Shown here: piece after piece, positions 9,882 to 18,280 of the stretch
How the letters are laid out: each line of letters starts with the position of its first letter
How positions within the stretch are numbered: position 1 is the first letter of the stretch
The notes under the pieces: model-generated
What the model was told of the DNA's origin: nothing
The model's input: the letters and a program-made list of their open reading frames with translations, nothing else
Databases searched by the model: none
Assembly: GCA_963934255.1 (NCBI GenBank)
Contig: CAWVXU010000031.1
Location: 1 to 27,791 of the forward strand
From: an uncultured Fibrobacterales bacterium
GTDB taxonomy: Bacteria > Fibrobacterota > Fibrobacteria > Fibrobacterales > CAWVXU01
Length of the DNA stretch: 27,791 nt
Reading direction: 5' to 3'
Translations under genes and position numbers: made by a program

Positions 9882-9898
9882 AAAACTGGAGCCTCCAA

Positions 9899-10420
9899 AT
9901 GGATAGTCAAAAATTAAAATCTTTTATCAGAGATATCCCAAATTTCCCTAAAGAAGGGATAATTTATAAAGATATTACTCCCCTTTTGGCACATCCTTTG
10001 GCTATCCAATCTGCAGTTGATATTATGGCAGCGCCTTATAAGAATGATCGTATTGATTTTGTGGCAGCAACTGAGGCCCGTGGGTTTTTATTTGGACCTA
10101 GTATGGCAACCTACTTAGATGCTGGATTTATTCCTGTGCGAAAGCCTGGCAAGCTGCCTTCTGAAGTAATTTCGCATACTTATGATTTGGAGTATGGAAG
10201 TGATACACTTCAAATACATAAAAATGCCCTCTTCCCAGGCGCAAAAGTTTTAATAGTAGATGATTTACTTGCAACTGGTGGAACAATGAACGCTACCAAA
10301 AACCTTGTTGAAGATATTGGTGGCGAGGTTGTTGGTTATTCATTTTTAATTGAGTTAGCCTATTTAAAGGGTCGTGAAGTTTTGGGTAACCCTAGAATAA
10401 ATGCTGTGATTGAATATTAA
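9899..10420 (+). CDS. apt: Adenine phosphoribosyltransferase
   Basis: IPNFPKEGIIYKDITPLL, EARGF, RKPGKLP, YDLEYG, PRPP-binding VLIVDDLLATGGT. Confidence 0.98.
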   Translation: MDSQKLKSFIRDIPNFPKEGIIYKDITPLLAHPLAIQSAVDIMAAPYKNDRIDFVAATEARGFLFGPSMATYLDAGFIPVRKPGKLPSEVISHTYDLEYGSDTLQIHKNALFPGAKVLIVDDLLATGGTMNATKNLVEDIGGEVVGYSFLIELAYLKGREVLGNPRINAVIEY

Positions 10421-10544
10421 ACTTCAACCGTTTTTCAGTAATATTTACAATAAAAAATGTCTAGTTTTTTCATTTAGATATTGCCTTATTTAGGGCCATG
10501 ATTAATCCTTTTATACAAATTATAATATTGACAAATCTTGTTTG

Positions 10545-10577
10545 AAAAGAAAAAGGTACTTCAATTGAAGTACCTTT
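10545..10577 (-). terminator. Intrinsic terminator for pfp-nrdR (possibly bidirectional)
   Basis: Perfect 26-bp palindrome AAAGGTACTTC-AATT-GAAGTACCTTT (10552-10577) with a T-rich tract on the minus strand, between convergent apt and nrdR. Confidence 0.8.
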
Positions 10578-10637
10578 GAAATATCTTGCATGAGCTTCAA
10601 ACGAATCAATATATTCAATAGTTTAACTGAGTAGGAC

Positions 10638-11105
10638 TCAGTGTTTAACTGGTTTTTTCTCAGCTTTTAAGAGTTCTTTAATTTGTTCAACAAATTCAGT
10701 AGTGTCCTTAAATTCACGATAAACACTTGCAAATCTCACATAGGCCACACTATCAAGCTCATGTAATTCCGTCATGACCAAAGTACCAATCTCTTCATAA
10801 GTCACATCTGAACTATCGCGTGATGCTAATTGATTTTCGATTCTGCTAACAATATCTTCTATCTGTTCACGAGTGATTGGCCGTTTTTTACAAGCAGTAT
10901 GAAGTCCTCTAAGTAGCTTATCACGCTGGAATTCTTCACGTGATTCATCTCTTTTGATAACTGTTAAAGGAGCAACTTCGATGTATTCGTATGTGGTAAA
11001 ACGTCTTTGACAATCCAAACACTCACGCCGCCGACGGATAGACTCTCCCGAAGAGCGAGAGTCTACAACTTTATCACCATCGTTTTTACAATAGGGACAG
11101 CGCAT
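10638..11105 (-). CDS. nrdR: Transcriptional repressor NrdR
   Basis: MRCPYC..KVVDSR..IRRRRECLDCQRRFTTYE zinc ribbon, ATP-cone, VAYVRFASVYREF. Confidence 0.98.
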   Translation of the reverse strand: MRCPYCKNDGDKVVDSRSSGESIRRRRECLDCQRRFTTYEYIEVAPLTVIKRDESREEFQRDKLLRGLHTACKKRPITREQIEDIVSRIENQLASRDSSDVTYEEIGTLVMTELHELDSVAYVRFASVYREFKDTTEFVEQIKELLKAEKKPVKH

Positions 11106-12754
11106 TAAGTGCGCTCTAAAACCAAAGTATGGTTTGTTTGATCACATACTTCACCTGGCCCGTAATACTGAATAGCACCTGGATATAAATAAGATTCTGA
11201 TATAGCCCATGCTTCACGATTAGCTGCAAAATATTTAAATGGCGCAGCATCAAGTAATACTAATGCTTTTTGAATAACAGGCTTATCTTCACCATGACGA
11301 CGCTCCATGTTCATCATCATTGTAGTAGGAACCCCACCGGATTTCCATGAATCAGAACCTTTTATAAGATCGGCGACAGAAGACATATATCCAGTCATGT
11401 TATTGTGAGCAAGAACTGCAGCAGAATAACCTAATGAATAACAATAGTCAGCATCAAAATTTGAAGGCATTGCACAACGACCTTCATAACCAAAGAAGTG
11501 ATTGAGTGCTTTAAATGAACCCTTGGCGCTTGGACGAGATTTGATTTCTTTGGCGACCATTTCAATAAGTAATTTTTCAGTTTCAATTAATGAAACTTGA
11601 ACATTACCATGTGGATCACGATCAAGTAAAAGCTGAGCTTGAATTCCAGGAGGTAATGAATTAAGAACCTCAGCCGAAGGTTTAGTAATTAAAGTACAAA
11701 CTCTCTCAACACGTTCGGACATTTCTTCAATAGCGTTTACTTCAGCTTCGTGATGAGCTAGAGTATCATTTAGTTCGCCAATAAGGGTTTTAATTTCAGG
11801 AATGAATTCAACAAGACCTTCAGGGATCAATGCGATACCGAAATTTTTGCCCATGTTTCCACGCGCTTCTACAACATCAGCCATTTCACTAACAACTTGG
11901 GCAAGAGTCATTTGTTTTTTTTCTACCTCTTCAGAGATAAGACAAATATTTGGCTGAGTTTGAAGTGCTGCTTCAAGCCCAATATGCGAAGCTGAACGAC
12001 CCATTAATTTGATAAAATGCCAGTATTTTTTTGCTGAGTTAGCGTCACGGGCAATATTACCAATAAGTTCAGAATAAGTTTTAACTGCTGTATCGAAACC
12101 AAATGAAACTTCAATATGTTCATTTTTCAAATCACCATCAATTGTTTTCGGACAACCAACGACACATGTTTTTGAGCCTTTTGCTTTGAAATACTCAGCA
12201 AGAACAGCGCCGTTCGTATTTGAATCATCACCACCAATAATAACAATAGCATCAATTGAATGCTTGTTAGCAACTTCAATACAACGGTCAAATTGATCTG
12301 TATCTTCTAATTTAGTTCGACCTGAACCAATGATGTCAAATCCACCAGTATTGCGATATGCGTTCATTTTTGCATCATCAATAATGATATAATCTTCGTT
12401 TTCAAGGCCAGCAGGTCCACCTAAGAAACCAAATACCTTTGAACCAGCGGAAATAGACTTAATTCCATCATAAATACCGGCAATAACATTATGTCCACCT
12501 GGAGCTTGACCACCAGAAAGAACCACACCAACATTTAATGGGCGAGCTTCAGGGGATACACCTTCCACAAATTTAACTGTAGGGATACCATATGTATTGG
12601 GAAAAAGAGCCTTAATACGATCCTGGTCTGCAACAGATTGAGTAGCCTCCCCTGATGAAATAGCCACTTTCAAAGCACCGTGTCTTAGTACTTGTGGTAG
12701 TTTTGGCTGATAAGACATGCGAGCTTCAGATAATTTTGAAAGTTTCTGAGACAT
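11105..12754 (-). CDS. pfp: Pyrophosphate-dependent phosphofructokinase (long clade)
   Basis: SGGQAPGGHN, GGDDSNT and PKTIDGDL (PPi-specific residues), MGRSASH. Start placed at ATG 12754 with GAGGT upstream. Confidence 0.96.
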   Translation of the reverse strand: MSQKLSKLSEARMSYQPKLPQVLRHGALKVAISSGEATQSVADQDRIKALFPNTYGIPTVKFVEGVSPEARPLNVGVVLSGGQAPGGHNVIAGIYDGIKSISAGSKVFGFLGGPAGLENEDYIIIDDAKMNAYRNTGGFDIIGSGRTKLEDTDQFDRCIEVANKHSIDAIVIIGGDDSNTNGAVLAEYFKAKGSKTCVVGCPKTIDGDLKNEHIEVSFGFDTAVKTYSELIGNIARDANSAKKYWHFIKLMGRSASHIGLEAALQTQPNICLISEEVEKKQMTLAQVVSEMADVVEARGNMGKNFGIALIPEGLVEFIPEIKTLIGELNDTLAHHEAEVNAIEEMSERVERVCTLITKPSAEVLNSLPPGIQAQLLLDRDPHGNVQVSLIETEKLLIEMVAKEIKSRPSAKGSFKALNHFFGYEGRCAMPSNFDADYCYSLGYSAAVLAHNNMTGYMSSVADLIKGSDSWKSGGVPTTMMMNMERRHGEDKPVIQKALVLLDAAPFKYFAANREAWAISESYLYPGAIQYYGPGEVCDQTNHTLVLERT

Positions 12755-12882
12755 TTTGACCTCTTCTATGAATAATTTCCTCTTCACATAAATTTAGTAA
12801 AACACAAAAAAATTGTGCTTTTACTTCTATTAGAGCACAAAATAGAGTAATTTCACTGATCATATCTGCTTGGAGTCTCTCA

Positions 12883-13611
12883 ATGAAGAAGCTAAAGAAT
12901 CAAATTGTTGTCGTTTTATCCCTAAGTATTACCTCTTTGTTTGCTGCTCAACTCGAATATCCAAAGGGTGGTATCAATCTAGGGAGTATGTCTCAAGGTG
13001 AAGTTAAATCGTTTGAATTTGAAGTTAAAAACAATTCTAACCAGCCCTATGTCTTCGACTTAATTATCCCACAAGGAACTGGAGTCAAAGACGCAGAACT
13101 TCCAAAAACTATTGGGCCAAAAAGCAAGGCAACTTTCAAATTTGATTTTAATTCAAAATATTTGAGTGGTGAACTGAAAGAATTTATATCAATTATTGAT
13201 AAAAACGGCGAGTCTACAGCTATACCGGTATCCGGTAATGTTCAGGCTCCATTTCAATTTAGTCAACCAGTCTTAGATTTTGGTTTTTTTGGAAAAAAAG
13301 AAGTCACTAGAAAGATTTTTGTTTGGCAGAGTAATTACAGTGTGATGACTAAAACAAGTCCCTTTAAGTTTGGATTGGTTAAAGCAACAAATTTGAAAGC
13401 TAAATTTAAATTAGTCTTCATTGACGCAAGTAATCGTGACAACATTCATGTAGTTAATAAGTCAAATAAAAATGCACAATTTGCTTATGAGGTTGAACTA
13501 ACATTAATGCCTCAGGAAATCAAAAAGTCACTAAGTCAGATTGTTAGTTTTCAAAGTGAATCCTTCCCATTGTCCACACCAGAAATTCATATTGTAGGAT
13601 ATAAGAAGTAA
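12883..13611 (+). CDS. Exported DUF1573-like (Ig-fold) protein
   Basis: Signal peptide; INLGSMSQGEVKSFEFEVKNNSNQP...IGPKSKATFKFDFNS pattern; second repeat-like start LDFGFF. Confidence 0.65.
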   Translation: MKKLKNQIVVVLSLSITSLFAAQLEYPKGGINLGSMSQGEVKSFEFEVKNNSNQPYVFDLIIPQGTGVKDAELPKTIGPKSKATFKFDFNSKYLSGELKEFISIIDKNGESTAIPVSGNVQAPFQFSQPVLDFGFFGKKEVTRKIFVWQSNYSVMTKTSPFKFGLVKATNLKAKFKLVFIDASNRDNIHVVNKSNKNAQFAYEVELTLMPQEIKKSLSQIVSFQSESFPLSTPEIHIVGYKK

Positions 13612-13651
13612 TTTTTAGTTCAAAATTTAAAGTCATTTAGTAAGCCATCAT

Positions 13652-13695
13652 TAAAACAAAAAAGACGCTTCTTAGGAAGCGTCTTTTTTGTTTTA
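13652..13695. terminator. Bidirectional intrinsic terminator
   Basis: 20-bp perfect inverted repeat TAAAACAAAAAAGACGCTTC-TTAG-GAAGCGTCTTTTTTGTTTTA between convergent genes. Confidence 0.92.
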
Positions 13696-13709
13696 TATAT
13701 CTGAATAAT

Positions 13710-16400
13710 TTAATTGGTAGGAAGAACTACGGAAGGCTTAACTTCTATTGGTAAAGCCTTTGGTGCTAAGGCCTCTGTAGGAACTATAGTTGGAATTACA
13801 TTTGGAGCGACCACTGGCTTAACTTCCTCACCAGCGGGCTTAAGAACCGGGACACCAACATCTGCTGGAGCTGGAGTTGTAGGTTTTACTTCATCAACTT
13901 GCTTAGAATTGCTAGTTGGTTTAACCAATGTCGGCAAGGGTTCAGCGGTTACTGGCTTTACCTGTACTATTGGAACTATTCCCGTAACAGTGGGAGTACT
14001 TTGAATAGGTTTGGTCACTTTATTAGCAACCGGTGTTTTTGCAGGAAGACTAATCCTGTCTTTTACCGCACTAATGTCTTTGGTCGCACTGCTGTCTTTT
14101 GCCGCAGTAGTGTCTTTTGCCAGAGGTGATTCAATTACCTCTTTTGCTTCAGTTTCTGCTAGTTTTTCACCTTTAACTTTTTTCTTATGTTTGTTGATTA
14201 TTGTAAGAATGTCCTTTGGTTTACGAGTTTGATTACTTGGATAAACACACCTAAAGCCCAGATCGTCAGCCCAAAACCTAGCATCTTCATAATCTGATTT
14301 GGCGTGTTCCATCATTTTAGAATCTTGTCTCCAAGATCCACCTTTGATGATATGTTCATAATGAAATCCGAAAATATTTGATAGACCTTTTGGGTCCTTT
14401 TCATCAATATAGAATTCAAAACTAACCAACCCATCCCAATCTGAGACCCACTCTCGTAGGTTGCCCGCTCCATCATAAAAGCCCCAAGGATTGGCACGTT
14501 TAGAACCAATTTCTTGAGGTCCATAGGCAGGACTATAGGGCCCTTCTTCGAAGGAGTTAGCCGAATAAATAGCATAAGGACTAGCATCTTTACCTCGGTC
14601 ACCCCAGAAATAATAGGTATTTGTCCCAGCTCTCATCGCATATTCCCATTGTGCCTCAGTAGGTAATTTTCCTCCTACAGTTTTGCAAAATTTATTGGCA
14701 TCTTCCCAGCTTACATTGTTTACGGGCTTCTTAATATTTTTAAAGTTTGATGGGTTTTTGTTGGTGATTAACTTGTAGTGCTGTTGGCTGATTTCACTTG
14801 TATTATATGCAAATGGAGACATAGTGACTGTTTTGCCTTTATAAGAGAATTTTGCCTCAGATAATTCAACAACGTCCCCTCTGAGCTTAGCCAACAATTC
14901 TTGGTATTGAGTCGCTTCAAGCTCTAACCGTTTTTGTGCAAGTAATTTTTGTTGCTTTTGACCATAGGCTAGACGCTTTTGTGCGAGAATTTTATCAGCA
15001 TTCATCCAATTAATAACTTCTTGATTACTAGCAATATAAGGTGGTAAAACAAATGTACCTGCAAAGGCAAATTGACTTGAGTCTTTAGATATCCGGTAAT
15101 GCCTGTAACGATAATATCTTTCTAGAATTTTATTTTGACTTGGGATTCGAGCTAATTTATTTTGAAATTTAAGAGTGAATTCAACCTCAGTTGAATCTCC
15201 TCTATCCAAATCTGCCCTTAATTCATTTGCTTGGGTTTTAGTTAAAATTGCAGTAGCTTTGTAAACAAAATCATGTTTACCATCCTCAGACTGTACCTTA
15301 AATTTAAATCCGTATTGTCCTTCAACGCTATCAATTATTGCCCATTTAAAGGCACTTGGCTTGATTTTAATTGAGTCAAGTAAATTTTCAATGTATAACA
15401 TTTTGTTTTTAAGCCTAATGCGCGTGGCTGTCAAATAGGCTATACGATCTTTAAATAGTGCTACTTGACTTTCAAAAGCTTCTTTACGAATCTTAATATA
15501 CTCATCTTTATAGTTTAAGTAAGGGATGCTCTGCCATTCATCAATATCCATGGGAGCCAAATCGGGCTTTTCACCATAAGACTTATTGAATTGAGTCGTA
15601 ATAGAATCTAATTGAATCATAATCCCAGAAAACTCGCTATTGACGACATCTAAAACATCGCTCAACGGTTGAATATTATCAGATTTTGGAATTGTATACT
15701 GCTCTAGTGAGACTTCAAGATCTTTATTTTGAGCGATTAACGGTATCAATTGAAGATTGATATCTAACTGTTGCCCTGGTTCAATTTCAACTAAAAACAC
15801 TTTGGATAAATAACCTTGTGCTTTGACAGTTAGAGCCATAACACCTTCACCAATACCGTGAGTCTTAAAAGGAGAACTTCCTAGTAGTTCATTTCCAACA
15901 AAAAGCTCAGCCCCACTTGGACTTGTTTGGATGAGTAGAGCACTTGGTTTTTTCGTTTCAGCTTGGATGGGCATCCATTTGCCTTTTTGTTTATAATACA
16001 GCGTTGGAACATAAGCTGAATAAATGAAGTTTTGATCAAAATAGACCTCGTCTTCATCTCGGAATGCATTTTGACGAACCTTGCGGTAAAACTTGGTGTT
16101 GGCCCATTTCTTAAGTTCACCAGATTTGATTTTAAATGCATATGTTTTTGAAAAAAAGTCACCTTTAGGTTTTCCTTTATAGAAACCATGGACATTTTGG
16201 TCTTCTTTAAATCGGAGATAGAAAATTGAAGGCATTGTTGCGCTAGGTATTGCTTTAGCTAGCTTACCACCATTAGCACCTTCTAATAATATTTGATCAG
16301 TAGGCTCTATAGAAGTTCGACCACTCCATGTTTGAACTTCAAACTTGGAATTTGCAAAGGATACACTTACTAAAAGGGCAAACATTAAAATTTGAATCAT
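13710..16400 (-). CDS. Secreted protein with PEGA domain, FGE-sulfatase (SUMF1/GldK-like) domain and Pro/Thr/Val-rich tail
   Basis: Signal peptide; PEGA LLIQTSPSGAELFVGNELLGSSP...VKAQGY; FGE motifs PVNNVSWEDANKFC, KLPTEAQWEYAMRAG, NPWGFYDGAGNLREWVSD, IKGGSW, LGFRCV; low-complexity C-terminus. Confidence 0.85.
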   Translation of the reverse strand: MIQILMFALLVSVSFANSKFEVQTWSGRTSIEPTDQILLEGANGGKLAKAIPSATMPSIFYLRFKEDQNVHGFYKGKPKGDFFSKTYAFKIKSGELKKWANTKFYRKVRQNAFRDEDEVYFDQNFIYSAYVPTLYYKQKGKWMPIQAETKKPSALLIQTSPSGAELFVGNELLGSSPFKTHGIGEGVMALTVKAQGYLSKVFLVEIEPGQQLDINLQLIPLIAQNKDLEVSLEQYTIPKSDNIQPLSDVLDVVNSEFSGIMIQLDSITTQFNKSYGEKPDLAPMDIDEWQSIPYLNYKDEYIKIRKEAFESQVALFKDRIAYLTATRIRLKNKMLYIENLLDSIKIKPSAFKWAIIDSVEGQYGFKFKVQSEDGKHDFVYKATAILTKTQANELRADLDRGDSTEVEFTLKFQNKLARIPSQNKILERYYRYRHYRISKDSSQFAFAGTFVLPPYIASNQEVINWMNADKILAQKRLAYGQKQQKLLAQKRLELEATQYQELLAKLRGDVVELSEAKFSYKGKTVTMSPFAYNTSEISQQHYKLITNKNPSNFKNIKKPVNNVSWEDANKFCKTVGGKLPTEAQWEYAMRAGTNTYYFWGDRGKDASPYAIYSANSFEEGPYSPAYGPQEIGSKRANPWGFYDGAGNLREWVSDWDGLVSFEFYIDEKDPKGLSNIFGFHYEHIIKGGSWRQDSKMMEHAKSDYEDARFWADDLGFRCVYPSNQTRKPKDILTIINKHKKKVKGEKLAETEAKEVIESPLAKDTTAAKDSSATKDISAVKDRISLPAKTPVANKVTKPIQSTPTVTGIVPIVQVKPVTAEPLPTLVKPTSNSKQVDEVKPTTPAPADVGVPVLKPAGEEVKPVVAPNVIPTIVPTEALAPKALPIEVKPSVVLPTN
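14057..14121 (-). repeat. 18-bp imperfect tandem repeat (about 3.6 copies) encoding KDTTAA/KDSSAT/KDISAV/KD
   Basis: Plus-strand units tgtcttttaccgcactaa, tgtctttggtcgcactgc, tgtcttttgccgcagtag, tgtcttttgcc. Confidence 0.8.
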
Positions 16401-16463
16401 GATTCATCCTATAAAAATTTTTAGATAACGCAACAACTAGGTGTAGTTCCTGTGACTTCACAA

Positions 16464-16492
16464 ATTATATCATTTGCAGAGCAATACAACAA
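16464..16492 (-). promoter_or_regulatory. Sigma70-type promoter for the PEGA/FGE gene
   Basis: Minus strand reads TTGTTG-N17-TATAAT with an extended TGn, immediately after the upstream terminator. Confidence 0.55.
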
Positions 16493-16493
16493 C

Positions 16494-16522
16494 AAAAAGA
16501 CTCCTAATAGGAGTCTTTTTTT
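16494..16522 (-). terminator. Intrinsic terminator after the ABC-F gene
   Basis: AAAAAGACTCCT-AAT-AGGAGTCTTTTT hairpin with A/T tracts on both sides. Confidence 0.88.
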
Positions 16523-16591
16523 AAAATAATTAGGGTATTCAAACCGAAATGGCGAGAAATATCAAGATTATAGCCTATTTGATAGACAACC

Positions 16592-18202
16592 TTATGTAAG
16601 CTTGGCTCGTTTTGCAATCACTTCCGGGTCATATAAGTAATCGTCATAAGGAACAAAGCTATCAATAGTCCCCTTGGGGGCAAGCTCAATGACACGGTTT
16701 GAAACTGAATGTATTAATTGATGGTCATGCGAAGCAAACAATAAGCTGGACTCGTATTTTTCCATACCATCATTCAGGCTAGTTATTGACTCTAGGTCAA
16801 GGTGAGCGGTAGGATCTTCAAAGATCAAAAAATTTGCACTCTGTAGCATCATTCTAGAAAGCATACAACGTACTTTCTCTCCACCAGAAAGGACATTACA
16901 TTGTTTCTGAGATTCATCGCCTGAGAAAAGCATTCGGCCCAAGAAACCACGGACAAATTGCTCTTCTTCTTCATCTGTGTACTGTCTTAACCAATCAACT
17001 AAATTCAAATCTTTTTCAAAATACTTGGTGTTTTCGTTAGGGAAAAACGCTTTATTGACTGTGCCACCCCATTTGATCGAGCCAGAATCGGGCTCTAAGT
17101 CACCACCTAATATTTGAAGTAATTTTGAGATGGCTAACTGATTATCACCCAGAAAAGCGATCTTGTCGCCTTTATTTACAACAAGATTAAAATTCTTAAT
17201 TAGAACCTCGCCTTCTAAAGTGAAACACAAATTCTCTACTGTCAAGACAGTATTACCTAACTCTTTTTCAAAACCGAATTGAATATGAGGATATTTTCTA
17301 GTTGAAGGTTTAATTTCTTCAACATTCATTTTTTCTAAAAGTTTTTTACGACTGGAAGCTTGTTTGGATTTTGATGCATTTGCGCTAAACCTTTTAACAA
17401 AATCTTCAAGATCTTTACGTTTGTCCTCAGTTTTTTTGTTTTGATCGCGTTTTTGCTGTAAAGCAAGGTTTGAAGCCTGATACCAAAAAGAGTAATTACC
17501 CGTGTAGACTGATATTTTACTGTAATCAATATCAGCAATATGTGTACAAGCGTTATCCAGGAAATGTCTATCATGCGATACAACAATCACAGTATTTAAG
17601 AAGTTATAGAGGAAATCTTCTAACCATTTTATGCTTTTTTGGTCTAAATGGTTGGTAGGTTCGTCCAGTAATAAAATATCAGGATCACCAAAAAGAGCTT
17701 GAGCAAGAAGAATCTTGACCTTATCAGCCATCTCCAAATCACCCATTTTTTTGGTATGAAGTTTTGTTCCAATGCCAAGTCCACCTAAAAGCTCTCCGGC
17801 TTGTGACTCAGCATCCCAGCCATTCATTTCAGCAAATTCAGCTTCAAGATCACCAGCCTTAACACCATCTTCTTCAGAGAAATCAGGCTTAGCATAAATA
17901 GTATCTTTTTCAATAATGATATCATAGAGACGTTTATTGCCATACAAAACTGTGTTAAGTACTTCGAAATCATCAAACTCGAAATGATTCTGTTTAAGAA
18001 CTGAAATACGAGCACCTGGGTTTGTGATTACATCACCGCTACTAGGTTCAATTTCACCACTGAGAATTTTAACAAAAGTAGATTTACCTGACCCGTTTGC
18101 ACCAATAAGACCATAGCAGTTACCTGGAGCAAATTGGATATTAACGTCTTCAAATAGAGTTCTTTTGCCAAAGGAGAGTGTGATATCAGCAGCACTAATC
18201 AT
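16592..18202 (-). CDS. ABC-F family ATPase (YbiT/YkpA subfamily)
   Basis: Two ABC domains and no TM segments; CYGLIGANGSGKSTF, DEPTNHLD, linker RFSANASKSKQASSRKK, LSGGEKVRCMLSRMML. Confidence 0.92.
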   Translation of the reverse strand: MISAADITLSFGKRTLFEDVNIQFAPGNCYGLIGANGSGKSTFVKILSGEIEPSSGDVITNPGARISVLKQNHFEFDDFEVLNTVLYGNKRLYDIIIEKDTIYAKPDFSEEDGVKAGDLEAEFAEMNGWDAESQAGELLGGLGIGTKLHTKKMGDLEMADKVKILLAQALFGDPDILLLDEPTNHLDQKSIKWLEDFLYNFLNTVIVVSHDRHFLDNACTHIADIDYSKISVYTGNYSFWYQASNLALQQKRDQNKKTEDKRKDLEDFVKRFSANASKSKQASSRKKLLEKMNVEEIKPSTRKYPHIQFGFEKELGNTVLTVENLCFTLEGEVLIKNFNLVVNKGDKIAFLGDNQLAISKLLQILGGDLEPDSGSIKWGGTVNKAFFPNENTKYFEKDLNLVDWLRQYTDEEEEQFVRGFLGRMLFSGDESQKQCNVLSGGEKVRCMLSRMMLQSANFLIFEDPTAHLDLESITSLNDGMEKYESSLLFASHDHQLIHSVSNRVIELAPKGTIDSFVPYDDYLYDPEVIAKRAKLT

Positions 18203-18280
18203 GAAAGCCTCGAATTTACAGTTATTTGTGGTCGCAAAGTTAGTAAATTGAACTCAAAAGAAATTTGAAGGTAGGCTGTT

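Noticed and set aside
10421..10545. AT-rich gap with TATAAT and TTGACA and a 15-codon ORF
   Set aside because: The hexamers are in the wrong order; the ORF is too short and unsupported; no stable structure seen.
10604..10620. NrdR-box-like AATCAATATATTCAAT, and also CACAAAAAAATTGTG at 12803-12817
   Set aside because: The first lacks the conserved G and lies downstream of the gene; the second is one base too long for the box.
14057..14121. Tandem repeat as a CRISPR-like array
   Set aside because: In-frame 18-bp coding repeat with no spacers and no cas genes.
13714..14232. Plus-strand ORFs of 73-96 aa rich in Gly/Thr/Val
   Set aside because: Antisense reading of the low-complexity tail of the PEGA/FGE gene.
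14240..14880. FGE domain as a diversity-generating retroelement target or true formylglycine-generating enzyme
   Set aside because: No reverse transcriptase or template repeat in the window, and the catalytic cysteines are absent.
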